This document shows positions 13,197 through 26,360 of a stretch of 64,000 nt of DNA, one piece after another (positions within the stretch are counted from its first letter, which is position 1; each line of letters starts with the position of its first letter). The position numbers and the translations under genes were made by a program. The notes beneath the pieces are model-generated. The model was not told where the DNA came from. It did not search any database and saw only the letters and a list, made by a program, of their open reading frames with translations. The DNA lies in NCBI RefSeq assembly GCF_001194135.2, contig NC_068991.1, positions 75,618,696-75,682,695 of the forward strand, read 5' to 3'. The DNA comes from Octopus bimaculoides. Lineage: Eukaryota.

Positions 13197-14688
13197 TATA
13201 TGCGAAATAATTAAAAGAATAAAAGAATGGGTATTCTGAACATCTTATGACAAAGAAAACATTTTAGTCTTTCAAAAAACTAATTCTGTATAGTCAGTCA
13301 TAAATTTAGCAGTCATAAATTAGGCTAACACCTTAGTGGTTAACTTAATTTGTATATTTGTACTTTTGATAGCTTGTCATCTTATATCATGTTACGTGTA
13401 TTTTCATAGTCTCTTACTAACCAATGCCTTTAGAGTTAAATATCTTTAACATTGTCATGTACAATTTATTCTGCCAGTAGCAGTTGAAAACAGTGAACAC
13501 TTACATATGTATATCGACATCTTATTCTTATAGCCAGCTGTGAATTTTCTCTCAGATATAATAATATGTTTGGCAGGTATAATGTGATAATGTGTGAATC
13601 CTGACGTTCACGTATAATCAAATTTCCTCTGCCATATTGATAATAGTATCCTTTTAAGTCCCAAATACTTCGACATTAAATAATATCGTTGATAAAGTAC
13701 TTAACAGCACAGTAGATATCTATTAGTGGATGAAAAAAATGTTCCATTGAAGTAGTTTTCGCTATAAAAACAATTTCTAATCTACTCCAAACATTTGAAT
13801 AAATTTACAAGAACCTATTCATTAGGAACTTGAAATTCTTCGAATAAGATTGTTCCTAAACTATTTTCCCTTAATCTTTGTGTTCTTATTTCTTTTCACC
13901 ACTCTATTATATTGCAGCTTAGCAATATTCTCACACCTAATGATGTATTTCTTTGTTATAGCCCCACTTCAAGACAAAACAAAATGTTAAAAAAAAAACC
14001 CCAAACATTCATTCATTATCTGGTTAATCATCCGCGCATTCATCCACGCCTTCATCCACTCTGACTTCCATTTTTATTAAGTTATTTTTATCATATCTGT
14101 CTTTTATTCTGCCTTCATTTATTTCTGTTTTCTGCTCTGTTCGAATACAGTGTGCACATATATTTATATCACTTTTCATCTGGTCCTCGAATCCGGTCAC
14201 ATTTCGATTGTTGCGTTTGTCACGTACACGAAGACTCTCCTCTTATTCACGCATTATTCATTTATTTGATATTATTTTCACCAGAAATATTTTCCAGCTC
14301 TCACTCTTTGATTTTAATGCATTTCATTTTACTTCAAAGTTGTAAATTTGACGAGCGGGAAGCGTAAATATTTACGGTATTATTAAAAAAAAATTGTAGA
14401 TGGTCTTTCTTTAATTTTCATGCCCAAATATCGTCTTAGCGAGTTTTTTTTGTGTATTCGTATATCCGTATATCTGTATTATACTATCTTTATATATAGG
14501 CTTATGTTGAAGATATCCAAAGTGTGCTATATTATATTTCGTTGATGTCCGTTTCAGTTTCAAATCCAAGCAGATTTGAAGAGACATTCATTCCTAAGGT
14601 TCTATTCTATAGATTAGAATGAGCACCAAAATGACAACCTGCAGTTATAGTGTTCTGATTTAAATATGAGAATGACTTCAATGCTTAC

Positions 14689-14765
14689 CTGATGATCTAG
14701 GGCTACGATCTAAGACGGACAACTTCCTGACGAGCCAGCAAGGACATTCATTTAGCTCATCATAC
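14689..14765 (-). CDS. Candidate exon YDELNECPCWLVRKLSVLDRSPRSS (coding or 5'UTR)
   Basis: Strong donor CAG|gtaagc, acceptor ctgaagacag|, one open frame. Confidence 0.35.
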
Positions 14766-15177
14766 CTGTCTTCAGGAAATGTTTCAGTCAATATTGTATG
14801 TGATTAAAATCTTTGGTACAAAAACAGAACTATCTCATGTATGTATGTATGTATGTATGTATGTATGTATGTATGTATGTATGTATGCATGTCATTATTT
14901 AGTTTTATTTCAAAATTTCTTGCCAAAAAAGAAAGAACCGGTTTGTAAACTAGATCCAAATGTCCACCATAGGAATTTCAACATCAACAAGTTATGTATG
15001 TATGTATGTATGTATGTATGTATGTTTGTATGTATATGTGCAGATCTGTATATTTCGTTTTATGTATATATTCTCATGCATATAGTTGCATGTCGAGATA
15101 TACTCACATATACTTAAATGATAAACTGGAAAGTTTTACAGATTTTTACAGTTCCAGTGATGGACTGGATCTCTATG

Positions 15178-15211
<34 letters not shown>

Positions 15212-15768
15212 TGTACGTACGTACGTACGTACGTACGTATGTAAGTATGTATTTATGTATCTATGTATGTATGCGCGTACGTATGTACGTATGTATCCAT
15301 CTAGCTGTCTGTCTGTCTATGCATTGTATACTTGTATATAACATGTCTTTGCATATATCGAGACATACACACACACATATATATGTATGTATATATCAAT
15401 CTTTGTATAAATATATGTACACACACGCACACACACACATACACACATACATAAACTAGTCTACTTTCCTGCAGTTTTTATATATCGTTTGTGCTACAAG
15501 ACACAGAACATAAAGGAAAACATTAATGTGAAATTGTTTAAGAGATAACCTTAATTCTCCATCTAATCATCCAAAACTGCATGGAAATACAAATACAAGG
15601 AAAGATAAAAATTCTCGGGTTATAAAAACTATAACATTACATTTGAGTACAATAAATAAGAAAAATAGTTTACAGCTACGGTAAAAAGTCTGCGCTGCAT
15701 TTGATGTTTTGATCCATAATATCTGCATCACATTCTCTGTAGCAAAACTGAAAACCTTTTTCAATGAA

Positions 15769-15855
15769 TTATAGCAATAAACACTTCGTAGACGTCTGAG
15801 GATTTCCTTTGCGGAATTTGAAAATATCATGCCTAAGATTCCAAACACGAGATGT
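15769..15855 (-). CDS. Candidate exon; the phase-0 reading TSRVWNLRHDIFKFRKGNPQTSTKCLLL* ends in a CaaX box
   Basis: Acceptor aaacttgcttccag|; the phase-2 frame (HLVFGILGMIFS...) is also open, so the reading is ambiguous. Confidence 0.3.
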   Translation of the reverse strand, partial: TSRVWNLRHDIFKFRKGNPQTSTKCLLL

Positions 15856-17112
15856 CTGGAAGCAAGTTTAGCCAACAATGCGAATATAAGTAAAAGAAAC
15901 CTTAGATATATGTATAATGCAATTCATATTCAATGCGTGAAGCTATAAAAAACGTATAATGAGAAAGGAAATCAAAACTTTATAGATTTCCAGATTTATT
16001 TCTCATAAATATACTTTAAAGAGAGGATATCTCTAAAGGTTTCAATAGGTTTTCTATAATTATTCTCCATAATTTGATTCAAATGAAAGCAGAATGTGTA
16101 CACTCTTGCTTACACAAAGAGATCTTTTGTTTAGATAGGCTTTCCTTTCGAACGAAAATATGGATAGATTATATATTCCACCTTAATATTTTAATGGCAT
16201 TTATTGTATAGACTCTCAAGCAATGAAAAACCTATTCGATCCATACACAAATGAAACCAGAGACGTGACTAAAACAAATAAATAATCCTATCTCTTCCTA
16301 TCTATATCTGCACATATTTGTTCATCTCGGACTCCACGTAAGTAATAAGCTATAATGAAGGACATCAGTAACAGATACGCAAATACGTACAGAAAGCAAA
16401 ATAAAATAAGAACCCCCACACACACATGTATATTGGTTGCTATCAAATCCTTAGCAAAATAAGTGTGTTCTCTATTTTATGCGTAAATATCGAATAAAAA
16501 AACAGACAAACGAAGGGAAAGCATAGATCGAATGACCGTATTACTTCAAAGGTAATACTACATAAAAGAGGCTATTAACACTGAAAAAAATTTAGTCTCT
16601 ACCAAAAATGCAAAATATTAAAAACAAAGAAAGTAAAATGGATTTTTATGTTTGATAACTTCAAGAGGAACATGAGTATAGCATTCTAAAAAAATTATAT
16701 GAGTCTAATAATAAATAATAATAACGCATTTGAAAGAATTCAGAAAGTTGGGCCTCCAGCCAGGCCTTTCGTGATACCCTTAAAACTAAGAACGTTTCAG
16801 CTCTTCCTCTCTTCCTCCTGTATATATATATCGAAATAGAAAGACATATGCAGTAGAATAAAATCAGGTGATATATCACAGATCATAGAAACACTGGCGC
16901 TCATGAACAAATCTCTACGGATGTACAGTGACATAGCTGAAATACAACCTTCTATAATAATGCGAAAATTGCAGATAACAATAGCTGCCATTTTGAGGTT
17001 GGAATTTTGAATCACTTGAAAGGGAAAGAGTTATATTTGAATTCGTCTTGTACTACATGTGTGGCGAAACTTTTTTGAAAACCAGTGGATAGATTCCACT
17101 GAAATTAGATAA

Positions 17113-17259
17113 ATAACCTTCGAGCAGATAGTCAGCAGCGCCGCCTGGCTAAGGCTTGGCTACTCTGCATTGACAAGGGGCAACACCCTGAAACTAGTCT
17201 AGTCTGCAGATGCCAAACCAGCAGGGGGACACTGCTGACCTCCCCTGTTCGAAGGTTAT
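17113..17259. mobile_element. MITE, 147 bp, with imperfect terminal inverted repeats
   Basis: ATAACCTTCGAGCAG...CTGTTCGAAGGTTAT (14/15 match), continuing inward as GTCAGCAG/CTGCTGAC. Confidence 0.7.
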
Positions 17260-18034
17260 AAAGGACACAGGTTTCGTGTGTCACATAGCTAGCTAGAGGC
17301 GATGGCTTCTTGGAGCTAATTCACGGCAGCTTTCGTCCTAATTTTGGGACTGCCATGTTGGCTTNNNNNNNNNNTATATATATATATATATATATATATT
17401 CTGTGGAAACTTTTGAGTAGGAGATTATGATTTTTTAATATTTGTATTTTGCATATTTTACATATTTTTACGGAGAAAAAGTAAAATGCTTGAAAACATT
17501 TTTTAAGAAGTCTGTTTAAGCAATCAATATCTTCTGAATTGTTTGGATGGCAGCAACTTATGTTTTATTTATAGCAAGTTATTCAGAAAATGTAAAATTA
17601 ATGAATATATAATACTGAACTACGAATCTTTGACATGAAAATGGAGGCGTCTAGATACTTATTTAAAAGTATTGTTTTGTTATTGAAGATGTTACAGAGG
17701 AATTGACATAAATAAAATTATTTGTGGAAGTATATTTAAACAATTATTGATATGAATTATTTGTTAGAAAAACAATTGAAAAATAACAGTTAATATATAA
17801 GATTGTTCTTTAGAAGTAATATAAAAGTATTTAATGTTTTTAAAGCAGACATCATAAAAATAATATTTATAAATCAAATGTACGTTAATGATGATAAAGA
17901 AGAAAAGTAAACAGTTATAAAAAGTCCAAAAAGAACATATTTTAGTTCTTTTAAGACAATGGCGTATAATTTATACAACTGTTATATTTCGTTCTTTTAA
18001 CAGCAATGCATGCAGTACTGGTTCATGACACTTG

Positions 18035-18190
18035 ACTAAGGTGGTGAGACGGCAGAATCGGTAGTACTCCGGGCGAAATACGTCGTAACATTTCGTGTGT
18101 GTTTACGTACTGATTTCAAATTTCCCCGAGGGCGACTTTGCCCTTCATCCTTTCGGGGTCGATAAAATAAGTACCAGTTAAGTACTGTCT
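18035..18190 (+). mobile_element. tRNA-derived SINE, family A
   Basis: GGTGGTGAGACGGCAGAATCG...GGGCGAAAT...CCCTTCATCCTTTCGGGGTCGATAAAATAAGTACCAG. Confidence 0.8.
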
Positions 18191-18235
18191 TTTGCGGAGT
18201 AAAACGTTAAGAAATGAGTATCGTCGAGTTGTCAC

Positions 18236-18313
18236 CTGTGCTATAACGTACACTGCCACATAGAGAAACCGAAATGCATTGCAAAATAATGCGACTAACT
18301 TCAAAAATGAAAC
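18236..18313 (-). CDS. Candidate TM-like exon VSFLKLVALFCNAFRFLYVAVYVIAQ (phase 0-0)
   Basis: Acceptor tttatttactatttag|, donor CAG|gtgaca, 78 nt. Confidence 0.35.
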
Positions 18314-18780
18314 CTAAATAGTAAATAAAAATTAGGCATTTTGTCTTTTGAGTTGTAGTGAAAGACATCTGACGTTTATCAAAGATGAACGTTCAGAATG
18401 ATTCTATATGATACATAACATCATAAATAATTTAGCAATAAAAAATGTATACACGTCACACGAAAGGAGACAGAAGAATAATTTGCCGCGAAGAAGTTTT
18501 TATCGTTGTAAAGCAATATTACTATGCATTTTTTTTTCTATTTCAGCCAATTATTGATTAAAACAAAGCTTGGAGGAAAATTGATGGAATAATTAAATAA
18601 AACTGTACCGATAAGGATTATGTTGCTCGAGGATTACAAGTATTTAAAGAAGAGGAAGAATTTAAATAGAATGGGAAAAACCAACGCGGGAAATTAAAGA
18701 TGTATAAGGTCATGAGTTTCTGGTAATTTTAAGAAACGTCTTATAGAATAAAAAGCAAAATGGAAGAAATCAAGACTCAC

Positions 18781-18818
18781 GCACTCAAGACGAGGTTCAA
18801 AGTAACGAATTGTAAGAT
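18781..18818 (-). CDS. Candidate 38-nt exon (DLTIRYFEPRLEC, or ILQFVTLNLVLS in the other frame)
   Basis: Long polypyrimidine acceptor tgtccttttttcatctgcttattag| and donor TGC|gtgagt. Confidence 0.4.
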
Positions 18819-19703
18819 CTAATAAGCAGATGAAAAAAGGACAAAAGCTTGTAACGATTTTGAGGTTATATCTCACAAAAGATGAATCATGCTGAATTCT
18901 CAGTCAGAAAACTATGGATATTGATGTGCTTCAAAGTAGGAAAAACTGAAACTTCTGCATCAATGTAAATGTTCATCTCATGTTTGTATGCTTGATTGGT
19001 TTTTATATTTGGTCTGCATGCATTATAAATTAACCCTGACTATGTTGCCATTATTTTCTATTTCACTTGTTATTTTCGCTGCTCCAATATCATTGTAATT
19101 ATTGATATCATTGCAATTTATATTTTTTCCCATTTTTTGATATCGAAAAAGAATCATGCATAAACAAGCATCATGCAACATACAAAATCTTTTTTAATTA
19201 CGCATAAGAATTGAGACGAAACTTCAAAGTGGAAACGCGTTTTCAAAATGAGTTCTATTCACTTGAAAGTTAACTCTGGATGAATGCAATGCAATTTCCT
19301 TTTTCCAGTTATAATTAAAATCTAGAATATATTATATATTTCACGAACAAGGCCTCTATCATTATTTTTTAACGTTTAATTTTCTTTGTTATGTATATAT
19401 CAGAAACAGCTAAATCTTAATATATAATTACTTCTGAGTTTCCAATCGACCTTTTCGATATGCGTATCTACCATTTTATTATTCATATTTCACAAATTTT
19501 CATAATTGAAGCCGCAGAGATCTGCAGACAAACGCATGTCTCACAGAGGTATATGAATGCATCTATGTTTCGTTGTATATGTGTGTGTATGTATGTATTT
19601 ATGTTAACAAGCAAAAATACAAAAATACATACACACCCACACACACTCACGCAACACACTCACATATATATGCATATGCATATATATATATATATATAAA
19701 TCT

Positions 19704-19824
19704 TTCAGAGGAGAAATTCATCTTATAGAGAACCCTTCATCATATATATATATATANNNNNNNNNNNNNNNNNNNATATATACATAATGAAAGGTTTTCT
19801 ATAAGGTGAATTTCTCCTTTGGAA
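19704..19824. repeat. Foldback: ~40-bp inverted repeats around an (AT)n/gap core
   Basis: GGAGAAATTCATCTTATAGAGAACCCTTCAT versus ATGAAAGGTTTTCTATAAGGTGAATTTCTCC. Confidence 0.8.
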
Positions 19825-19989
19825 CAATTACCCCCAGTAAATTCTTTCTACGTTTGGCTATATAATACCCACACAGACATGCATACGCACATATATAATA
19901 AGACATATGTATGTGCTGCAGATGTTCAATATATCGTTGCTTGATCATTAGTTTTCCCAATTATTCGTATGTAGTCCTATTCATTGTTG

Positions 19990-20160
19990 TTCTTTGAAAT
20001 ATTTTCTTTACTTTTTGTGTGTTAGGGGTTCAAATGTAATCCAACCTGACTACCTGCACCGATTCTTCTATTCACTAAACCATGCAGTTCTTGTAAAGAG
20101 CCGGTTATGAGGACTTCATCGTCAGCATACCTCAGGTTCGCGTTGATCTTGAATTTTGAT
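19990..20160 (-). mobile_element. Inverted RTE LINE segment containing the RT active site
   Basis: Minus strand reads NLRYADDEVLITGSLQELHGLVNRRIGAGSQVGLHLNP*HTK. Confidence 0.85.
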
Positions 20161-20169
20161 TAACAAGGT

Positions 20170-20790
20170 TGCATAACAATAAAAAAAGGTAAATATCGAA
20201 AGCGTAAAAGAATTTGTCTAGCTGGTATTCTTATTCCCAAAGACTGCAACGACACCCGTGGAATCACGAGAAAACTCGGCATTACCAAGAATGCCATGAT
20301 ATCAATATCAATGAACAGCATATCGGAGAATAAGGCCGTCTCCTTCCGAACAAACAACCGACTTTTCAATTCATTGATGTTTAGCATAACCACAGATGGA
20401 ACTGAATGCTGGATTATAAAGAAAACCTAGAAAAAGAAATTTGAAGCGTTTGAACAATGGTATTTTTGACGTATTCTCCGAATAAGCTGGACGGATAAAA
20501 GAAATAACGAGTTCGGCCTTCCTTAGATAAAGTGCCAGGAAAGTCTGTTAAATACAATCTTGAAAAGAAAATGGACCTTCACCGGCCATATATTTAGAAG
20601 ATAAAATCTTAACATGTTCGTGTTTACTTGTACTGTATATGACGAAAGAACAAGAGACAGACATAAAATTGGATTTAGCGATAGCATCAAAGAAGCTAGT
20701 GGCGAAAGATTTGCAGAACTGTGCAGACTGGCACAGGACAGCCATGGATGGATTGCCGCAGCGGCTGAATTATTTGAGCCTCCTGGCAAG
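20170..20790 (+). mobile_element. RTE LINE 3' part, degenerate
   Basis: NIESVKEFV*L / KDCNDTRGITRKLGITKNAM / KRKWTFTGHIFR / SDSIKEASGERFAELCRLAQDSHGW. Confidence 0.8.
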
Positions 20791-22019
20791 AGAATGAAGC
20801 GAACATTAGTTTTACAGTCGTAAGTATTGACTTTCTAATTGTCAAACAAGTAAACACGAGCGTTTTCTTTGTTATCAGAGACGTGCAAGAAAGATAACAA
20901 CAAGGTTATTATTTTTTTTGTTTGGCAGATTGATTTGAAATGGTTTTTAGGCATTCTATATTGTATCTTGAAATTTTGAACACATATTTCTTTTCTGCAA
21001 AATTACATTTGAAACAGAAGTGTCGAAATTGACCGAGCCAACATCGTGCTATGTTCAGAGTTTAAACAATGTACAATTCAAACATTATCAACGCGTTCAT
21101 TCGAAAATACAACTAAGAAGCTTAAATTAAAAACTGTTCGCTCCACCTAGCCGTAGATAATTTCTCCAATAATCCGCTATTTTATAGAGTATAAGGTCTC
21201 TGAATTATCTTCTTTCCATATAATACTAAAATTCAAATTCCACTTGTTTTAATGTGTGTTTCTCGTTCTTATACTAAACAAAACTTTACCGCAATGAAAT
21301 GTTTCGATTTCTGTACTCTGTGACATAAGTCGTATGACTGCAAAATTCTGGGTGTATCTGACACTTACAAATCTCAAAACAGATGAATTTTATTCCTTAT
21401 CATATCTACATATTATAAAAAAATACTTCCTTCTTTCTGACGACAGAGAAAACGAAAGGAATCCACGAACTCAAACAAAAAGATACGCACACACACAAAT
21501 ATATATATACATACAGACTCACATATACATATATATGTATCCATATGTATATAATATGTATATAAACATATGTATATAACCATATGTATACAATAGATAT
21601 ATTTTTTTGAAAAACAGTATGTCACGAACATTTTGGATAGTAAGTTTCGTATTAAATGTATCGTGTGCAAGCACTTTCGTTGTTGAACTTTTGAAAAACG
21701 TGTTTTAAGGTAACTCGTATAGAGGATTTTGTTTTAGTAAAAACAACGTCCTCTATACGGAATAGTATTTGCTTGAAAAGTTGAACAACGAAAGACTGCA
21801 CTCTGTAAACACAATACGAAAACCTTATCACATTTTGTCTGAAAAAAAAAGAAACAATATTTGAATAATGTTTAGATAGTTAAAAAGAAAGGCCTTAAGG
21901 AATTCTTCCATTCTATGTGTGCGCGTGTATGTGTGCGTGTGTGTGTTTAAATCGTCATTAAACCAATTTAATTAAATCAAAGAAGGAAACTAAAAATGCA
22001 CAGAGAATATAATAGAATT

Positions 22020-22230
22020 AATTAGAATTTAATAGTAAACTCAACATTAAGATTGTTGAAAAGCCACGGAACTCCATCAGATCACAACTATGTAGGACGT
22101 ACCCCTTTGAGAATACCATATACACCAATGATAACTGCATGGTATGTAAGATTAACCGTGGTATTAACTACAGAACTAGAAATACAGTCCATAAGGTGCA
22201 TAAGGTGCATAGAAAGTGATGGTATGAACT
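22020..22230 (+). mobile_element. Penelope-like element fragment upstream of the GIY-YIG domain
   Basis: KIVEKPRNSIRSQLCRTYPF...CMVCK...YRTRNTV resembles the PLE K.VEK.G.S..S.L.RS.PF..C..C region. Confidence 0.55.
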
Positions 22231-22236
22231 AAATTA

Positions 22237-22693
22237 ATGTTGGAACTCTCAGTAAATGAACTTTTATTTAGCAGACTGGTGTTATGAGAAGATATAATTT
22301 GTGAAAGATTCTTTGTGTTGGAGAAGGCAACTCTAAATATATGAGAATTAATGATTGAATAATATCTAGAATTTTATGGAAACTTCTTACTAACCGCTTC
22401 ACGGAATTGCAAAGGAAGATTAGATTTAATTTGCCTTCCACACGAAATAACAAACCAAATAGTTTTGCTAGCTCCAGTCAAATTATAAGTGGTACTATCT
22501 CTAAAGAACGGTGAATTACCTCTAGAGTGAAAAAATGGGCTTAAATAACGGTTGCCTCCCTTACTATGTAAAGGAATTTTATCGTGCTTTGTGTTGTTGT
22601 TAATATTAGAATAAAAATCACTCTTCTTATTACAACTAGATTAGAATTGCCTCTTCTTATTACAACTAGTTCATTTACTGAGAGTTACAACAT
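22237..22693. mobile_element. Non-autonomous TIR element (~457 bp)
   Basis: AATGTTGGAACTCTCAGTAAATGAACT versus AGTTCATTTACTGAGAGTTACAACATT, 26/27 inverted match; TTA flanks both ends. Confidence 0.75.
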
Positions 22694-22769
22694 TTATTTA
22701 GTTAATATCAGCCTTTCCCATAATAATAATAATGATAATAATAATATAGTTTTGGTCTCTTAGAACAAC

Positions 22770-23290
22770 CCCAACAGAATAAAATTTATGTCTAATAATT
22801 TTAAGATTAAGAATTCTATATACCAATGTAAAATTATTTCCGGTACCGATGTCTTTTCCTATATTGGGGCTTCCTCTTCCCAGTTATCTAAGATAATTTC
22901 CAATCATTATTCTTCATTTAGGGATAGTAGTAAACGCAAATGCACAGGACTTAGTAAATTGGTAAAATAGTGTAAAGAACTAAAATAAAAGTATATCTAA
23001 ATAACAGTTTTTTGTTAATACCTTTTGATGTTGTGGTCGACGGAAGCTCTGGCTTTCGTTAGGAGTGGTCCACATAACCAGTCATGATGCAGAGGTTGGG
23101 CGCCGATTCCAGTTCGAGAGTGAATCGTCATCACATGTCGCTTAGTCAAAAATACATGGCATATAGCTGCTATAGAATGCTGTATCATCAACAATGTGAT
23201 TTCTCTAAACAATTTACACAAGTCTCAATACAAATTGCCTTTGTGACTTCCTTCCCCCAGTTTATGCCTTCATCGTAGATGGGTAGATTT
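22770..23290 (+). mobile_element. Penelope-like GIY-YIG endonuclease remnant plus 3' region
   Basis: NSIYQCKIISGTDVFSYIGASSSQLSKIISNHYSSFRDSSKRKCTGLSKLV; downstream part homologous to ~55100-55470. Confidence 0.75.
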
Positions 23291-23919
23291 GCTAGTATAA
23301 GTAAGAATTGAATTAAGCGTTTCTTCGGTTTGCAGGTTTGAGATCTTGTCCTTCGGTGAATGTGGATAGCCGACAGAAATCCTTGTACCCGATGCTGTTA
23401 AAACCGTTACATGTTATATGAATGAAAAACTTCCTGTGCTTTTGGGGAGGCACTCATAGCTTTCTACTGTGTATGGCCATGAGTTTTTGATTAGTTAGTG
23501 TAGAATTCAGATGGCGTATTCATGCTAATGTTATCTTTCCCTTAGCTCGTAACTCAAAATGACTTATTTGAAATTTTACTTGGTTGATTTCCCGTCAGTG
23601 TCAAGATTAGCAATTATATTGAAATATCTTGTTCTCAACTCTGATTCCAGTGATGTTTATGTTATTAGAGCTAAGATGGACATGTCTAACTGTTATATAC
23701 ACACATTTTGTATACTCTATTCTGTTATACTTTGCATTGAAAGGATATTTTGATGTTGGACTTCAATGCCATTGAAGATGAAAAATTTCCGAGTGGGTAA
23801 TTATGTATGTATGTATGTATGTATGTATGTATGTATGTATGTATGTATGTATCTATCTATCTATATGCTTGTGTAAGTGTCTGTGTATGCATGCATACAT
23901 GTATATACACACACACATA

Positions 23920-24033
<114 letters not shown>

Positions 24034-24337
24034 CATATATATACATCTTCCACCCAGCTGTATTATCTGCTTCTTAAAACAGTGTGTAACTTGTGAATAG
24101 TTTTCGTCCAGCCAATTTCACTAACAATGTATGGCTCGATTTGAAGATATAGCGAATGAAATTCATCTAAGATGCCAAACAATGACATCGACCCCAGTGT
24201 TTCATGCCCATGTATCAAATTTCTTAATCATTTCCCTATTACGGAGCCTATGCACCCACATGCAGTCACACAGAGACTTGATCAAGGCTTCTCAGTTATA
24301 AATAGGGACTATCTGACGGCTAGCAAAATCTTCTCAC

Positions 24338-24426
24338 CTTCTAGTCGTTCTATACTTGATGTTCCACTCGGTCAGGTTGGGGAGGGCCGAGGAAGAATCT
24401 ATTGCTGCTCGCGATTTTGTAGGCAT
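24338..24426 (-). CDS. Candidate exon MPTKSRAAIDSSSALPNLTEWNIKYRTTR
   Basis: Acceptor gctgactgttttag|, donor AAG|gtgaga, GC-rich unique-looking sequence. Confidence 0.35.
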
Positions 24427-25497
24427 CTAAAACAGTCAGCGAGAGCGTGACATTTATCCATTAGGTCATATTTTCGAGTGACGTTTATATTAAGCTGTAC
24501 GCACTACATACATAGATGCATACATACATGCATACATACATACATACATACATACATGCATATTAAATATGGCTGCGTATTTCCGTTTGTGCGTGGTACG
24601 TGTATGTGTTATGAGTGCGTGCGTGCGTGCGTGCATGTGTGTGCACTGAATGGGCTTATGAATAACACGAAATTTGGGTTAAAAGTTGATTGTTGAGGAA
24701 TATTTAATATATATATATGTGAAACAAAAACAATGCAAGTTTGTAAAAAAAAACAAACAAAAACAACTCACGATACATAAGCAAAACTAAAATACACAAA
24801 ATTTGACCCTGACAAAGACTTTTGCTGAGGGAATATATTTTTGTTTCGACACATCTAGACTATTATATAAGAATTTTGATAGTTTGTGTTTTTATGTAAC
24901 CCTTCTCGCCGAAATTCTGAATCAAACACGTAAATGTATTTAATGAATTACTCAGTAAGGGACACGCAGCACCGCAACCTTTCTAGACTTTCTGAGGCTG
25001 ATATTCCTGGAAGAAGAAACCATAGTTCATACAAGAAACAAAACATCTGGTTATCATAAGACTGAAGACGATATTATCGGCGTCAAGTATTTGCTAGTTT
25101 ATATCTCTAAAGACCCTTAAATTTGCCGATTGAATACTAATCAAATTGTTATTCAAAAACATCATTTCAGTATTTCTATTTGCATATTACCGAACATTTT
25201 ATCGTGTGGTTTTTCTTTTGTAAATTCCTCTTCATTTGTTTAAAAGAATCACATCTCTCGGGAGTATTATTACTTTTTTGTTCTTGTTTTTTGGAAAAAC
25301 TTATACATAGTAAGATAATCTAAAAATGAAATGAAAATACATCGCCTGGGTAATAATATTTACATGTATGTCGGCTGTGTCATAGAAATGTTTGCAGACA
25401 ATTTATTTTATCTCTGCCACTGTGTTTATCTTTCACACACGTACATACATACATACATTCATCTATGTATATCTATTTATATGTACTAATTAAACAA

Positions 25498-25542
<45 letters not shown>

Positions 25543-26127
25543 TATGCAGACACGNNNNNNNNNNNNNNNNNNNNNNNNNNNNNNNNNNNNNNNNNNNNNN
25601 NNNNNNNNNNNNNNNNNNNNNNNNNNNNNNNNNNNNNNNNNNNNNNNNNNNNNNNNNNNNNNNNNNNNNNNNNNNNNNNNNNNNNNNNNNNNNNNNNNNN
25701 NNNNNNNNNNNNNNNNNNNNNNNNNNNNNNNNNNNNNNNNNNNATATATATATATATATATATATATGAACATCGTATGGATGCATGCGGATGCGTGTAT
25801 GAACAGCACATATGTGTGGTGAGAGTCCCTTATCTGTCTCTGTGTTTGTATGTATGTTGATAGATTTCTGGGGGTTTTTCGTATGTATATTACATGTGTA
25901 TACTCGTATTTAAGTCATAATATTGTTTACAATAAATACATATCTCCAAATAGTATGAGCAGCCATAGATACGAACAAAATAAATTAAATTCAGCTCTGC
26001 AAAACAGACCCACTTTTTAGCCCGCATGCATTGCACCATGAATCCGAACCCACCACGTATGAATAGAATATTCATTTAGTCATTGGGGAGATTCTTAATC
26101 TCTGTGAAATCTAATAATCCCAGTAAG

Positions 26128-26360
26128 GTACGGGAAGTTCTGAATTGCAGACAAATATATTTCTGCTCGGACTCGTATTTTTTCCATTCAAGTGGACGCC
26201 ACCACCAAGCCTGTTCATCATGGCAGAACTGTTTTTTTTTAATGTATGCAACACCTCAGTGAACAACTCTAACTTCCGCACTGGTTTTCAACATCTGAAT
26301 GTTACTCAGGCCAAAGTTTCAGGCCATCGAAATCTCCGACATCGGGGCGACAAGCCGGGG
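26128..26360 (-). mobile_element. Highly decayed mariner 3' end
   Basis: TIR-like TACGGGAAGTTCTG and weak PACRPDVGDF resembling YSPDLAPSDF. Confidence 0.35.

Noticed and set aside
14689-14740. CTGATGA-TCTAG...CTAAGA hammerhead-like start on the + strand
   Set aside because: No GAAA after the stem and no stem I/III pairing
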